This document shows positions 11,220 through 21,600 of a stretch of 64,000 bases of DNA, one piece after another (the stretch's first letter is position 1; each line of letters opens with the position of its first letter). A program made the translations under genes and the position numbers. Under the pieces are notes generated by a model. It was not told the DNA's origin, ran no database searches, and saw nothing but the letters and a program-made list of their open reading frames with translations. This DNA comes from an uncultured Acidobacteriota bacterium (GTDB taxonomy: Bacteria; Acidobacteriota; Blastocatellia; RBC074): positions 1,472,001-1,536,000 of the forward strand of contig CAWCKY010000003.1 in assembly GCA_963796275.1 (NCBI GenBank). Reading direction: 5' to 3'.

Positions 11220-12026
11220 ATGAGATCGGACAAGCGAAAACAAAGTATTTTTATTGCCCTCGTATCGTCCGTCCTGCTTTGTGGCGTCATTCTCGCCCAG
11301 AATACGCCGCGCGCGCGTACGCTGACGCTCAATGGTCAGGATGTGACGAAGAAGCAGGATGGGCTTGAGATTCAAATCCTAAAGGAGGCCGGCGGAAAAT
11401 GGGTATTCACCGGACAGAATGAGGAGTTTAAGTCGGGCGATAAAGTGCGGGTCCAATTTTGGAGTAACATCAAGGGCTTTGCCTACTTCATCAATATCGC
11501 GCCGAGCGGCAAACAAAGGGTCATCTACAGCAGGGCGATAGAGAAGGGTAAGGATTACACGTTGCCCGGCATGGACGGCGGCAAGGAGATGTGGATCGAG
11601 TTCGATCAGGAGAAGGGCGTGGAGATTTTGAAACTCGTTGTGACCCCGACACCGATTAAAGTCTTCGACGAGGCGTTGAGCCGGTCGCAGGGCGAAATCG
11701 TAGAATCGGTCTTCAGCGTCTCCGATGAGCTGCTTGGTGACGAACGCAAGCCGGGACAGAGTTCCGCGCAGATAGCAGTGCCGAATTCCGGGCCGGGTTT
11801 AAATCAGCGGTTCGAGCAAGTGGTGATGGTTCAACCGCAAGGATCGCAGGCGTGTCTTCGCGCTCGCGGACTCGGCCTTCGCTGCCGCTCCCTCGGCCTC
11901 GATCCTCCCGACCCGAAAAAAGGGAAAGGGGCAATTGTCGTTGCAATGCCGGACTCGAAGAGCGCGACGGGCAAGCTTAATAAGGATGAGGCGATCGTCG
12001 TCGAACTTCGCTTCAAACACATTTGA
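11220..12026 (+). CDS. Exported DUF4384 domain protein
   Basis: Signal peptide; FKSGDKVRVQFWSNIKGFAYFINIAPSG and FDQEKGVEILKLVV match the DUF4384 pattern. Confidence 0.75.
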   Translation: MRSDKRKQSIFIALVSSVLLCGVILAQNTPRARTLTLNGQDVTKKQDGLEIQILKEAGGKWVFTGQNEEFKSGDKVRVQFWSNIKGFAYFINIAPSGKQRVIYSRAIEKGKDYTLPGMDGGKEMWIEFDQEKGVEILKLVVTPTPIKVFDEALSRSQGEIVESVFSVSDELLGDERKPGQSSAQIAVPNSGPGLNQRFEQVVMVQPQGSQACLRARGLGLRCRSLGLDPPDPKKGKGAIVVAMPDSKSATGKLNKDEAIVVELRFKHI

Positions 12027-12142
12027 AAAGAAATTGATCACGGGCAACGAGGCCCACTGGGGCAATGGGGCATATGGTCCTAACAGGCTTTGTCTATCCC
12101 CGGTCACCGGCGCCAATCGCTTTGAACCTTTCTTAACGTTCT

Positions 12143-13504
12143 ATGGTTCGATTTAGTCTGCCAGGAGGCTTGATGTCAGGTGCGCTGAAATCGAGATCGG
12201 GATCTGCGTGCAGACTCCGAACGCGACGCTATCCGGAGTCATACGCGGAATCACAATGGAATAGGTCGAGGATGACAGGATTCGCCTTGTGGCTCTGCAC
12301 TATCGTGGTGACGATCAATGCCAATATTCCGAATACTGACGGCTCATCAATTCTCACGCAGGCTATCGGATCGCGGGAGTCTGAGAAGAGTGGCATTCTC
12401 GTGCGGGATGCGAGGGTCAGAGTACGCCGCGCGATAGCGGCTGTTGGGCTAATTCTGGTCAGTGAAGGTGATGGTGATCAGCCACGGCCGAGCGGTTCGG
12501 GCGTCGTCATCCGGCAGGATGGCGTGATCGCCACCAACTGGCATGTCATTAAGCAGCGTAACTCCGATCGGCATTACAAGGAGATTTATTTCAGCCTAGC
12601 CGCAGATAGCGGCGCATCGCCGCTCGATTCGTCGAGCTTTCGAATGCGGGTGGTGGATTTCGATCGAGAGCTCGATCTGGCTCTAATGCGCATTGTCACG
12701 GACGACGAGGCTTCGGGGGAGCAGTCCCCGCTGATTTTGCCGTTCATCGAAATGGGTGACTCACAAGCCATCGAATTACTCGATGATCTGGTGATCATCG
12801 GTTTCCCCGCGATGGGAGGCGCGACAGCCACGGTCAGCCACGGGATTGTCGAGGGCAAAGACAATGTCGAGGGATGGATCAAGACGGATACGCGCATGCT
12901 GCACGGAAATAGCGGCGGGGCCGCAGTCAGCGCTGAGGGCAAGCTGATCGGGATTGCCACCAAGGTCGAAGTCGATCTGGCGCAGAATGATGTGCGGTTG
13001 GGTGCCATCGGCTACCTGCGCCCGTCAAACCTGGTTTCAAAAATGTTCAACAGAATGATCCAGGGAGAACGATCGGAGGTGACTTTATTGAACAGTTCTC
13101 TCGAACAGGCTTCGCCCACACCCCAACCTTCGTTACCCGTCAATGTCAGCGGCTCGGTGAGATTTGCGGTGAACGGAAACCCGATAGCGGGAGCGCGTGT
13201 AGGACTGCTCATCACCGGACGAGAAGTCGCTCCGAATGCGCTTATTGGCTGGGGAGGGACAAATGCCGACGGCTTTTCCCAATTCGAAAATTCGGTGCCG
13301 CCCGGGATGTATCCATTGCGCGCGAGAGTGGTCGGCGATGAACGATATGCGCCTTACGAGCAGGAGATCGAGATCTCACCCGGAATGAATAAGCTGGTCG
13401 TTGAGCTGAAACCGGCAAACGTAGCAAACGTGGCAAACGTAGCAAACGTGGCAAACGGGGCAAACGGGGCAAACGAGCAGAGAGCGCGAAAGGCCAGTAA
13501 GTGA
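12143..13504 (+). CDS. Trypsin-like (S1C/Trypsin_2) serine protease with C-terminal carboxypeptidase-regulatory-like beta-sandwich, no PDZ
   Basis: Triad motifs ATNWHV, ELDLAL, HGNSGG; C-terminal VSGSV..NGNPIAGARV..TNADG..PPGMY; true start possibly ATG 12272. Confidence 0.85.
   Translation: MVRFSLPGGLMSGALKSRSGSACRLRTRRYPESYAESQWNRSRMTGFALWLCTIVVTINANIPNTDGSSILTQAIGSRESEKSGILVRDARVRVRRAIAAVGLILVSEGDGDQPRPSGSGVVIRQDGVIATNWHVIKQRNSDRHYKEIYFSLAADSGASPLDSSSFRMRVVDFDRELDLALMRIVTDDEASGEQSPLILPFIEMGDSQAIELLDDLVIIGFPAMGGATATVSHGIVEGKDNVEGWIKTDTRMLHGNSGGAAVSAEGKLIGIATKVEVDLAQNDVRLGAIGYLRPSNLVSKMFNRMIQGERSEVTLLNSSLEQASPTPQPSLPVNVSGSVRFAVNGNPIAGARVGLLITGREVAPNALIGWGGTNADGFSQFENSVPPGMYPLRARVVGDERYAPYEQEIEISPGMNKLVVELKPANVANVANVANVANGANGANEQRARKASK
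13415..13477 (+). repeat. In-frame 9-bp tandem repeat (GCAAACGNN)x7 encoding ANVANVANVANVANGANGANE
   Basis: Read directly from sequence. Confidence 0.95.
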
Positions 13505-14646
13505 AGATTTGGGGAATCAAAAGCAGTGTGCTCGATGGTTTCGCGGCCAGTCGCGGGAGGCGCGCGATGATTCTCGAGCTGGTCTATCTGATCGAGCGGC
13601 TTTCGAAGTTTTGGATTGCTCTTGTGTCGGCTGCCATTTTGATCGTGATCATCATCATTCTGACATTGATAAAGCTCGTGACGGCTGGAAGCGATTGCGG
13701 TAGCGTAAAGATCATCAGCCCTTTATCGGGAGCGACTATCGACGAATCAGTTAAGGTACTGGTTGCAGCCGACCGTCCGGCATGTATATCGAGCATCAGT
13801 TATAAAATCGCCGGGCTTCAATTCGCCGAACCTGAGACGGATATATTTGAAACGAATCTCGATCCGCGCGTGATTGGTGAAAAGTTCCCCGATCTGACGG
13901 ATGGAGATTATGAACTGTCGATTTCTATCGAAACTGAGTCGGGCCAAACGGAGGCGGTGGTCGATAGTGTGCAGGTGAATATCGAATTTCCCAATATGGA
14001 GGGAGAGATCAGCCTGGAGAATATCCGCGAGATGGCAGAGAAACTCGCAACCAGGATCAATCAGCGCGGCGAGATTTTTACCTTCGATGACGAGTTTCTG
14101 ATTCAGATTCGCACCGCTACGCTGAACTATCGGACGGATATGTTCACAGGCGCCGAGAATATCGGCGCACGAATTCGCAGAACCAGTAATAGCGTGGGGA
14201 TACCTTCGCAACTGATGTTCCTGCTCGCAGCCAGTCGCAGCCGTTGCAGTATGGATCAGACGGTAGGCGGTTGTGGTGTCGATCCGGACGGAGCTGGAAC
14301 GTTCAAGGTTCCGCCTTCCATTATGAATCAATTTGGAGAGAGGTCAGCCGTCGATCACGAAATCGTGACTCAGGTAGCAGCCCGGCATTTGAAAGAGCTG
14401 ATCCAGGGGCAACGAGACGATTTTCTCTATGCTATCGCTTGTTTCGGCGAACCGAGCGCGCGAATCGGAGATATCTTCCAGCGCAACGATCAACAGGCTC
14501 GGCGTAATTTCCACGATCTCGTCGAGAGAGGCGAGATCAGACCGGAAGAATCGAAGAGAGTCGTATGTTTCCTGGCTGCCGGTATAGTTGCGGAGAATCC
14601 CGATAAATTTGGGATCAAGACAAGGTCGTTTGTTGACGTCTATTGA
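13501..14646 (+). CDS. Membrane-anchored Ig-like (Big) domain + degenerate SLT-like domain protein
   Basis: TM helix; VKIISPLSGATIDESVKV...DGDYELSI Ig-like; C-terminal VVCFLAAGIVAENPDKFG resembles the next gene's SLT C-terminus. Confidence 0.65.
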   Translation: MKIWGIKSSVLDGFAASRGRRAMILELVYLIERLSKFWIALVSAAILIVIIIILTLIKLVTAGSDCGSVKIISPLSGATIDESVKVLVAADRPACISSISYKIAGLQFAEPETDIFETNLDPRVIGEKFPDLTDGDYELSISIETESGQTEAVVDSVQVNIEFPNMEGEISLENIREMAEKLATRINQRGEIFTFDDEFLIQIRTATLNYRTDMFTGAENIGARIRRTSNSVGIPSQLMFLLAASRSRCSMDQTVGGCGVDPDGAGTFKVPPSIMNQFGERSAVDHEIVTQVAARHLKELIQGQRDDFLYAIACFGEPSARIGDIFQRNDQQARRNFHDLVERGEIRPEESKRVVCFLAAGIVAENPDKFGIKTRSFVDVY

Positions 14647-14798
14647 CTCGTATGCGGCCCAGCCACCAGGGGCAGCGCGGGGAGCATAGGCGACCTGATG
14701 CTCGGTAAATTAAGCGATTTTCAAGGCATAGGTCGCATACCTCCCCGTACTGGAAAGCTTATTGGGGCGCACTATCTATTGGGACGCACTGAAACGAT

Positions 14799-14896
14799 GA
14801 AAGCGCCCGAGTACGCATCGCTTCCGGCGTGCGGGATTCGGCAGGGGACTAATGAAGAATCCTGGTGCTGGAAGCGATGCGTACTCGGGCGCTTTC
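14799..14896. repeat. REP-like inverted repeat with perfect 27-bp arms
   Basis: GAAAGCGCCCGAGTACGCATCGCTTCC (14799-14825) / GGAAGCGATGCGTACTCGGGCGCTTTC (14870-14896). Confidence 0.92.
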
Positions 14897-14920
14897 CTGA
14901 GGAGATCAGTTACATTGAAT

Positions 14921-16480
14921 ATGTACACTTGGAACAACATCAAAACCAGAGTCGGGGGCAGCAGAGTGTGGCTCGCTATCATGACCGCCTTGCTGCTCGG
15001 AATTATCATTCTGAGCTGCATCGCCATGCTTGTGGCGAATCAATTCAGCAGCCGTGCCGCAGACCGCGAGTATGGCCAGTCACCACAATCTGAGCTGCCG
15101 CAGTCGACCTCCAATTCCATAGTTGCCATCAATGTGGCATCTGGAAAAACTTCTCGTCTGCTCTACACCGAGATGACCAGGGAGCAACAAGGCGATTTTC
15201 TAGAACGAGAAGCGGGTCGCGTCACCTCCTTAATAGGGAACCGCGAATACGTATTCGAGAATGAGGTGATCGATTTCATCAAAGAGTATGTGGATGGATA
15301 TGCGAAGAGGATAGCGACGAAGAGCACCGGGCTCTGGAATGAGGATTTGAACTATGTTTTTGAGCGAGCCCGGGAAAATGCGCCGAAGATTATAGCCTCG
15401 TTCAGAAGGGAAGGCGTGCCCGTTGTGCTCGGCCTTTATCTCCCGATGATTGAATCTGAGTATAACGAATGTCTCCAGAGCCCGGCCGGTGCGCTCGGGC
15501 TATTTCAGTTTATGCCGGCCACGGCGAGCGGTTACGGGGTTTCACCATCAGATCGTTGCCAGGTCGAGAAGATTGCGCCGGCTGCGGCAAGTTATATGAA
15601 GGACCGAATCCGAGAATTCGGCAATGATGGAATGAGCGTCGCGCTGGGCATCGCCGCCTATAACCGCAGCCCCCAATCGGTGCGGCGCGACCTTCAAGAT
15701 GTGATAGACAGCAGGTCCAATGAACGCAGTTTCTGGACGCTCCTGGCGAAGAAGGAGCAGCTGGATAAATATTTCCGCAACGAGAATATAAAGTACGTCC
15801 CGAAATTTTTCGCCGCCGCAATCGTGGGCGAAAACCCGGAAACATTCGGTTTACGAATCAGGAAGCTCTCGACTTACGACTATTCGCTGGCATCAGCCGA
15901 TAGCCCCTGTCGGAGTTTGGCGGATGGCGAAATCGAGGAGGCGGCGCGGCAGCTAATGGGGCGGATTAGCAACGATCTTCATATCTACGAATTCCCATCT
16001 GACAAATCACACATCGGCAGAGTGAAAGAAGTAATTGAGGGAAATTGTAATTCGACAGTATTGGGCACTCAGCTGCAGGCCCTCAGGCGCAGCCGGGCCC
16101 GGTTGATCGATTGGTCGGAAAATCAGATTACACCCGATCTGTTAGCTTATGCGGCGCTGGCCAAAACAATAGGGCGCGCTGCTGATAGCGTGGGGCAGGC
16201 CAGGAGAATGGCACCACAATTGATCGAAGTCAGTAAACTACTGAAGGACAGCAATGCCGACACCGCGCTTCTTTCGCTCGCCGCCTATGAAATGGGCCGG
16301 CCCTCGCGAGGGGTGCACCCGATCCACCGAAGGATGGAAGGCCGAATAAATCACGACACCGAACGCAATGTATGGGACCTTTATCGCAAAGGCGGGTTGA
16401 CAGAAGCTGAGTACCGTTTCGTCATTCGATTCCTGGCATTCGGGATCATCGCTCACGAACCGAGAAGGTTCGGTTATTAG
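14921..16480 (+). CDS. Membrane-anchored lytic transglycosylase (SLT, MltD-like) with a second, degenerate SLT-like domain
   Basis: LYLPMIESEYN (catalytic Glu), SPAGALGLFQFMPATA, IAAYN, YVPKF; the ORF start at 14852 lies inside the REP, so ATG 14921 is preferred. Confidence 0.87.
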   Translation: MYTWNNIKTRVGGSRVWLAIMTALLLGIIILSCIAMLVANQFSSRAADREYGQSPQSELPQSTSNSIVAINVASGKTSRLLYTEMTREQQGDFLEREAGRVTSLIGNREYVFENEVIDFIKEYVDGYAKRIATKSTGLWNEDLNYVFERARENAPKIIASFRREGVPVVLGLYLPMIESEYNECLQSPAGALGLFQFMPATASGYGVSPSDRCQVEKIAPAAASYMKDRIREFGNDGMSVALGIAAYNRSPQSVRRDLQDVIDSRSNERSFWTLLAKKEQLDKYFRNENIKYVPKFFAAAIVGENPETFGLRIRKLSTYDYSLASADSPCRSLADGEIEEAARQLMGRISNDLHIYEFPSDKSHIGRVKEVIEGNCNSTVLGTQLQALRRSRARLIDWSENQITPDLLAYAALAKTIGRAADSVGQARRMAPQLIEVSKLLKDSNADTALLSLAAYEMGRPSRGVHPIHRRMEGRINHDTERNVWDLYRKGGLTEAEYRFVIRFLAFGIIAHEPRRFGY

Positions 16481-16505
16481 ATATAGGAGAGGTCAGGAGA
16501 ATTTT

Positions 16506-17891
16506 ATGAGTCGCTATCGACGCCTGGTATGGAATGAGGGGATGCTGCTTTCACCCCATCATTTCCAACAAGCGGACAATTACACGGAAGACCTCATCAA
16601 CACGCGCGTCGGCTGGCTGTTCGCGCACGAATGGGGAATACTCGACCTTCAGATCAACCGTGACGCAGTCGCTAATGGCTCGGTTCAATTGATAAGTTGC
16701 CGCGGCGTCATGCCAGATGGTCTGATCGTCAATATCCCGCAGACTTGCACGGCTCCTGAATCTCGCCAGGTGGGCGATCATTTCAGCCCGACTGCTGGCA
16801 ACCTTGATGTCTATCTTTCCGTCCCGGCGAGACAGGTGGGGGCGGCAAATTTTCAGGCCAGCAGGAATTCGACCAATGGAAACCATTCCAACACGCCAGC
16901 TCGCTTCCTGCAGGACGCGGGGCTGGTAGTTGACGAAACGTCGGGCGAGAACGAATTCCAGCTCGCATTCGCGCGTCCCAACTTCAAACTATTGTTCGAT
17001 GGCGAACCGCGCGAGGGTTACAATGTCATCAAGATCGCCGAATTACAGCGCACGGCCACCGGCCGTTTGAAGATCGCTGAAGAATACGTTCCCCCGGCGC
17101 TTCACATCGGTGCATCGCCGTGGCTCGAAAATCTGTTGCGCCAGCTGATTGAGTTTCTTGTCGCTAAAAGCAAGACGCTCGGTGAGCGGCGACATCAAAG
17201 CGGATCGGGCCAGGCAACCTTCACGACCGATGACGGGATGGTCCTGTGGACGCTGCCGACGCTCAATGCTGCAATCCCTCCGCTGGCGCATCTATTTCAT
17301 CAGCGCATCGTTCACCCCGAGAGACTATACACCGAGATGGTAAGACTGGCCGGCGCGATGATGACGCTGGTCTTCGACCGCCATGCCAAAGACCTGCCGC
17401 GTTACGATCATCTCGATCTTTACCAGACCTTTCGCCAGCTCGATTTCGATATTCGCTTCCTGCTCGAAAGGGTCGATCCCCAGCGTTATGTTCCGATTCC
17501 ACTCGTACAGGAACGCCCAGCTCTGTACGTGGCTCGGGTCAATGATAATCGATTGCTGCGCGATGCCGAATTCTTCCTCGCCGTCGGCGCGCAGGTGCCC
17601 GAGAACAGGTTGATCGAGCGGGTGCCGTTCGCCGTCAAGATTGCTCACCGCGATGGTATTGACGTCGTGATCAACAACGCCCTGAGCGGCGTCAGCATGA
17701 CGCACGTCAGGCCGCCCGGACAGATTCCGACCCGCGCCGGGTTGCATTACTTCCGGTTGGACCGCAACGACCTCGACACCTCGCTCAAACGTTTTTGGGA
17801 TTTTATTGTAGCGACCAAGACCCTCTCCGTCTGGGTCGCTGATGAGTTCCCGGAGGCGAAGCTGGAACTCTATGCGATCAAACCTCAATAG
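16506..17891 (+). CDS. tssK: T6SS baseplate subunit TssK
   Basis: VWNEGMLLSPHHFQQAD N-terminus, GVMPDG, YVPPAL, HPERLY, YDHLDL, C-terminal LELYAI. Confidence 0.93.
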   Translation: MSRYRRLVWNEGMLLSPHHFQQADNYTEDLINTRVGWLFAHEWGILDLQINRDAVANGSVQLISCRGVMPDGLIVNIPQTCTAPESRQVGDHFSPTAGNLDVYLSVPARQVGAANFQASRNSTNGNHSNTPARFLQDAGLVVDETSGENEFQLAFARPNFKLLFDGEPREGYNVIKIAELQRTATGRLKIAEEYVPPALHIGASPWLENLLRQLIEFLVAKSKTLGERRHQSGSGQATFTTDDGMVLWTLPTLNAAIPPLAHLFHQRIVHPERLYTEMVRLAGAMMTLVFDRHAKDLPRYDHLDLYQTFRQLDFDIRFLLERVDPQRYVPIPLVQERPALYVARVNDNRLLRDAEFFLAVGAQVPENRLIERVPFAVKIAHRDGIDVVINNALSGVSMTHVRPPGQIPTRAGLHYFRLDRNDLDTSLKRFWDFIVATKTLSVWVADEFPEAKLELYAIKPQ

Positions 17892-17898
17892 GAGCAGT

Positions 17899-18600
17899 AT
17901 GCAGGATACATTTTTTTCAAATAGCGCGTATACCATCTCGGACAACTGCCTGATCGATACATCGGCGCCTCTACTCCGAATGATGATGAAGATCAAAGCG
18001 GGGTTGGTTACGCCGTCCAATGAGATGCGTCATATGATCCACGACCTGTTCAAAAAATTCGAAGAGCGCGGGGCGAACAACGGTTACAGAGAAAGCCAAT
18101 TGCAAGATACCAAATTCGCACTAGCCGCGTTCGTTGACGAGACGGTGCTCGCCGGCGGGTTCCCGCTTCGCGAAGAGTGGGAGCGATATCCCCTCCAGCT
18201 CGAATTCTTCAAGGAAGCCCTGGCTGGAAACAAGTTCTTCGAACGTCTCGACTGGTTGATCAAACAGGGGGAAACCGATGTGGTAGAGATTTATTACCTC
18301 TGCCTGCTGCTCGGATTCAAAGGCAAATACCACGTATTCCTCGAGGATCAGTTGCCGGCCGTGATCAATGCAGCTGCCGAAAATTTGCGGGGAGCGGGGC
18401 GATTGCGGAGATGCGTGCTTTCACCGCACGGCCTCCTGAACGATCAACCGGATCCGCCATCACCGGAACCGGAAGTGTCGCGTTGGGCAAAATGGTCCGC
18501 CATGGCAGCGGCCGGAGTGATAGCATTTGCTTATCTCATTTTGAATTGGTCGCTGGTCTCGACTCTTGAAGCGGCGATGAGGGAGAGCCTGTTGAAATAG
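17899..18600 (+). CDS. tssL: T6SS membrane protein TssL (DotU family), no OmpA domain
   Basis: FALAAFVDETVL, W...PLQLEFF...AG.KFF, VVEIYYLCLLLGFKGKY; C-terminal TM; GGAG RBS before ATG 17899. Confidence 0.92.
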   Translation: MQDTFFSNSAYTISDNCLIDTSAPLLRMMMKIKAGLVTPSNEMRHMIHDLFKKFEERGANNGYRESQLQDTKFALAAFVDETVLAGGFPLREEWERYPLQLEFFKEALAGNKFFERLDWLIKQGETDVVEIYYLCLLLGFKGKYHVFLEDQLPAVINAAAENLRGAGRLRRCVLSPHGLLNDQPDPPSPEPEVSRWAKWSAMAAAGVIAFAYLILNWSLVSTLEAAMRESLLK

Positions 18601-18680
18601 AGGCAAACGCTTAAGGCCGATTACTGCCACGCTGTTTATGTTTATCGATGAATCGCGTTGAAAGAAAAGGTTGAGGCTAA

Positions 18681-21600
18681 ATGTTTTCGCTCAGTAAAAA
18701 TATCAAGTCAATATTCATTAACTCCGCGCTGGTCTCGCTGACCCTCATTGCCTTCCTGCTTGTGCTGATCTTCAGCGAGGACATAATCGTGACCATCATT
18801 CTGATTGCGCTCATCCTGTTGTTCTGGCCGGTCCGCTATCTGGTCAGGCATTACTTTAAGGAGCGAGCCGCACGCATGCCATCGCCTGACAGCCAGAAGA
18901 ATAGGGAAGAACCGATTCGCCCGTTGCGTAACTATAAAAATCTCGAAATCTGCGCTGCCGTAACAATCGATTTTCTTCGCCGGAACAGATCTGGCGCGCA
19001 TGGCGGCGAAGATGCGGTCTATGGCCTGCCATGGTTTCTGATCGCTGGTCCTCCCGCGAGCGGAAAGACTTCGCTAATGCTCTCGTCGGGCCTTTCGTTC
19101 AGCCCCCTCAAGAGTCAGCGCCACGCCGATCTGGATCTGCTGCGCCCGACAGACGAATGCGATTGGAGGATTACCGACGAAGCTGTCTTGATAGATTCCG
19201 CGGGTCGCTATCAATCCGAAGGGGCAAACGGGGCAAACGGGGCAAACGGGGCAAACGACGAAAACGAAGCAATCAGGGATAACCGGACGGCTGCAGCAAA
19301 CGGCGCAAACCGCGATGAATGGCTCGGCTTGATCGATATTCTCAAACGATATCGCAGGCAGCGCCCGCTCGATGGATTGGTGTTGACCGTTAGCGCCGCG
19401 AGCTTGATGGCTATGCATTCCATCGCCGAGGTCGAGCAGCAGGCCAGAATCCTGCGCTCTCGCATAAACGATTTGATCTCCGGCGTCGGGGCCAAATTTC
19501 CCGTATATCTGGTCTTCACTGACATGGACGCAGTTTCAGGATTCACCGATTTCTTCAGTTCGCTCGATGTCGAAGAACGTTCGGGGGGGTGGGGGATGAT
19601 GATCCCATTGGCTCAGAACGGACGGGCGTACTCTCTGTTCGATACGGAGTTCAGTCAGCTGATCGGTTCTCTGATGACTCGGCGCCTTCAGCGTCTAAGT
19701 GCCACCGAGGCTTCGGGCGAACACCTGAATATCTTCGACTTCCCGCTCCATTTAAACGCTGTTCGTCAGAAGTTCGGTGTCTTTACGACTGCTCTTTTCA
19801 GTCCGAACCCCTTCAGCGAACTGCCGCTGCTCCGCGGCATATACTTTACCAGTAGTGATGGCGTAACAGATCGCCCAACGGCTCGCAGCGAACGCGGTTC
19901 AACCGAAGAGATGCGGGTGAGGGGCAAAGGATTCTTCACGGAAGGCTTTTTCAAAAATGTTCTGCATCGCGACCGTCACATCGCCGCCACTTTGCAGGCT
20001 ATCCAGGTGCAGCCGAACTGGCTGCGCAAACTTAAATTGGCTGTCGCATCTTTCTGCGCGTTGTCGCTTTTGCTCCTGATGGGGATGATCGTTTCCTATT
20101 TCAATAATCTGAGATTGATCGGCGACGCGGGCAGGGCTGGGGCTGATCTCCTTCGACATTTCCGATCCGGGGTTGGGGGCCCGGCCGCGAAATTATCCGA
20201 AACCGAAACCGAAGACCTCGGCAAATTGCAGGACGTGTTGCTCAAGCTGGACGGTTTTGACCGGAGCTGGGTTGGCCCGGTCTCGCATCGCTTCGGCCTC
20301 TATCAGGGAGGGCGGATCAGACTTCGCCTGCGTGAAATCTATTTCGATTTCCTGGCTCAGCGCTTGCTCGATCACACGCTCGATGCGATGGCTAATGATA
20401 TCTATAGACAAACCCCTGCCCCGATCGGCACGCGCGCCCCAGATGGTTCAGATGTTCCGGGCGTCCCGGGTGGTTCGGTTGACCCATCCGTCCCGGCTGG
20501 CAAAGCTGCTTCCACAATCGTCTCCAGGCAGGAACAGATCGATGCTGCGGAGCAGGGGTATTACGATCGGCTCAAAGCCTATCTCATGGTTGAGCAGCAG
20601 GAGCGAGTTGAGCCGGTGTTTCTGCAACAGCAGCTGGCGCCCTACTGGAAGGAAGGCACATCGGCTGCTGATATGAGACATTTGTACTACTACGTCGAGC
20701 AGGCCAGCATCAATGGCGATGACGATCAGAGCATCCCGCGCCCGCAGTCTGACAGTCCGACCGTGGCTCAGGGGCGGGATAAACTGCGGAATTACGCGGC
20801 CGCCAAGCAGGTTTACAATGAAATCGTAAACAGCATAGGCAGACAGGGAGAGCCATACCGGTTGCGCGATGCGGTAGGCAGCCAGCAGGGAAGCGTGTGG
20901 TTTGACGACATCGGCTCACTGTCTATTCCATACACCTTTACAAAAGAGGCTTATTACAAGCACATCAAAGGCGAGGCGTGGATTTCGGCTTTCGAGGAGA
21001 TACGAGGTAAGAGCGAGAACGATTGGGTGCTTCAGCGTCCCTTCGACTATCAGCGCGTTCAGCCGAATGACCTGCGCCAGAGATACGAGCGGGATTACGT
21101 CTCAGCCTGGCAGAAATTTCTCGAAGGAGTTCGGGTCAAAGAGTTCAAGAAGAGAAATGACGCGGTAGAGGCGCTCGACTCTATTTCGCAACAGAATTCG
21201 CCTTTCACCACCATCTTCGATCAGGTCAGATCTCAAACGACGCTCTCAGAGCCCCCGATCACAGGCGGGGTTATCGCCTGGATCAAATCGTTTCTGACCA
21301 CGAAGGAAAAGGCCAATACGGGCGTCGAAAAATCTTTCACGGCGGTCAGGAGTTTCAAGATCGAAGATTATCTCGAGAAGTTGAAGGAACTGCGCCGCCG
21401 GTTGAATGAAATTCCCGGAGATGAATGGCGGCAGGTGGCTGCGGTGGCCGGGGACGAACGATATAAGAAGGCACGGGACGACGCGCGTGAGCTTTTGAGG
21501 TCCCTCAAAGCGAACCCCGGCAGCAATTCAATGGCCACATTGCTTGCCCGCCCGCTCGACAACATCGAGATCGCTTTGGGTCTCGGCGTCGAGAAAGATC

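Noticed and set aside
13415-13477. Short repeats as a CRISPR array
   Set aside because: Units are 6-9 bp, tandem, without spacers and in frame within genes; no cas genes
14698-15093. ORFs 14698-15093 (+) and 14776-15027 (-) sharing the peptide KAPEYASLPA
   Set aside because: Artefact of the 27-bp inverted repeat read on both strands
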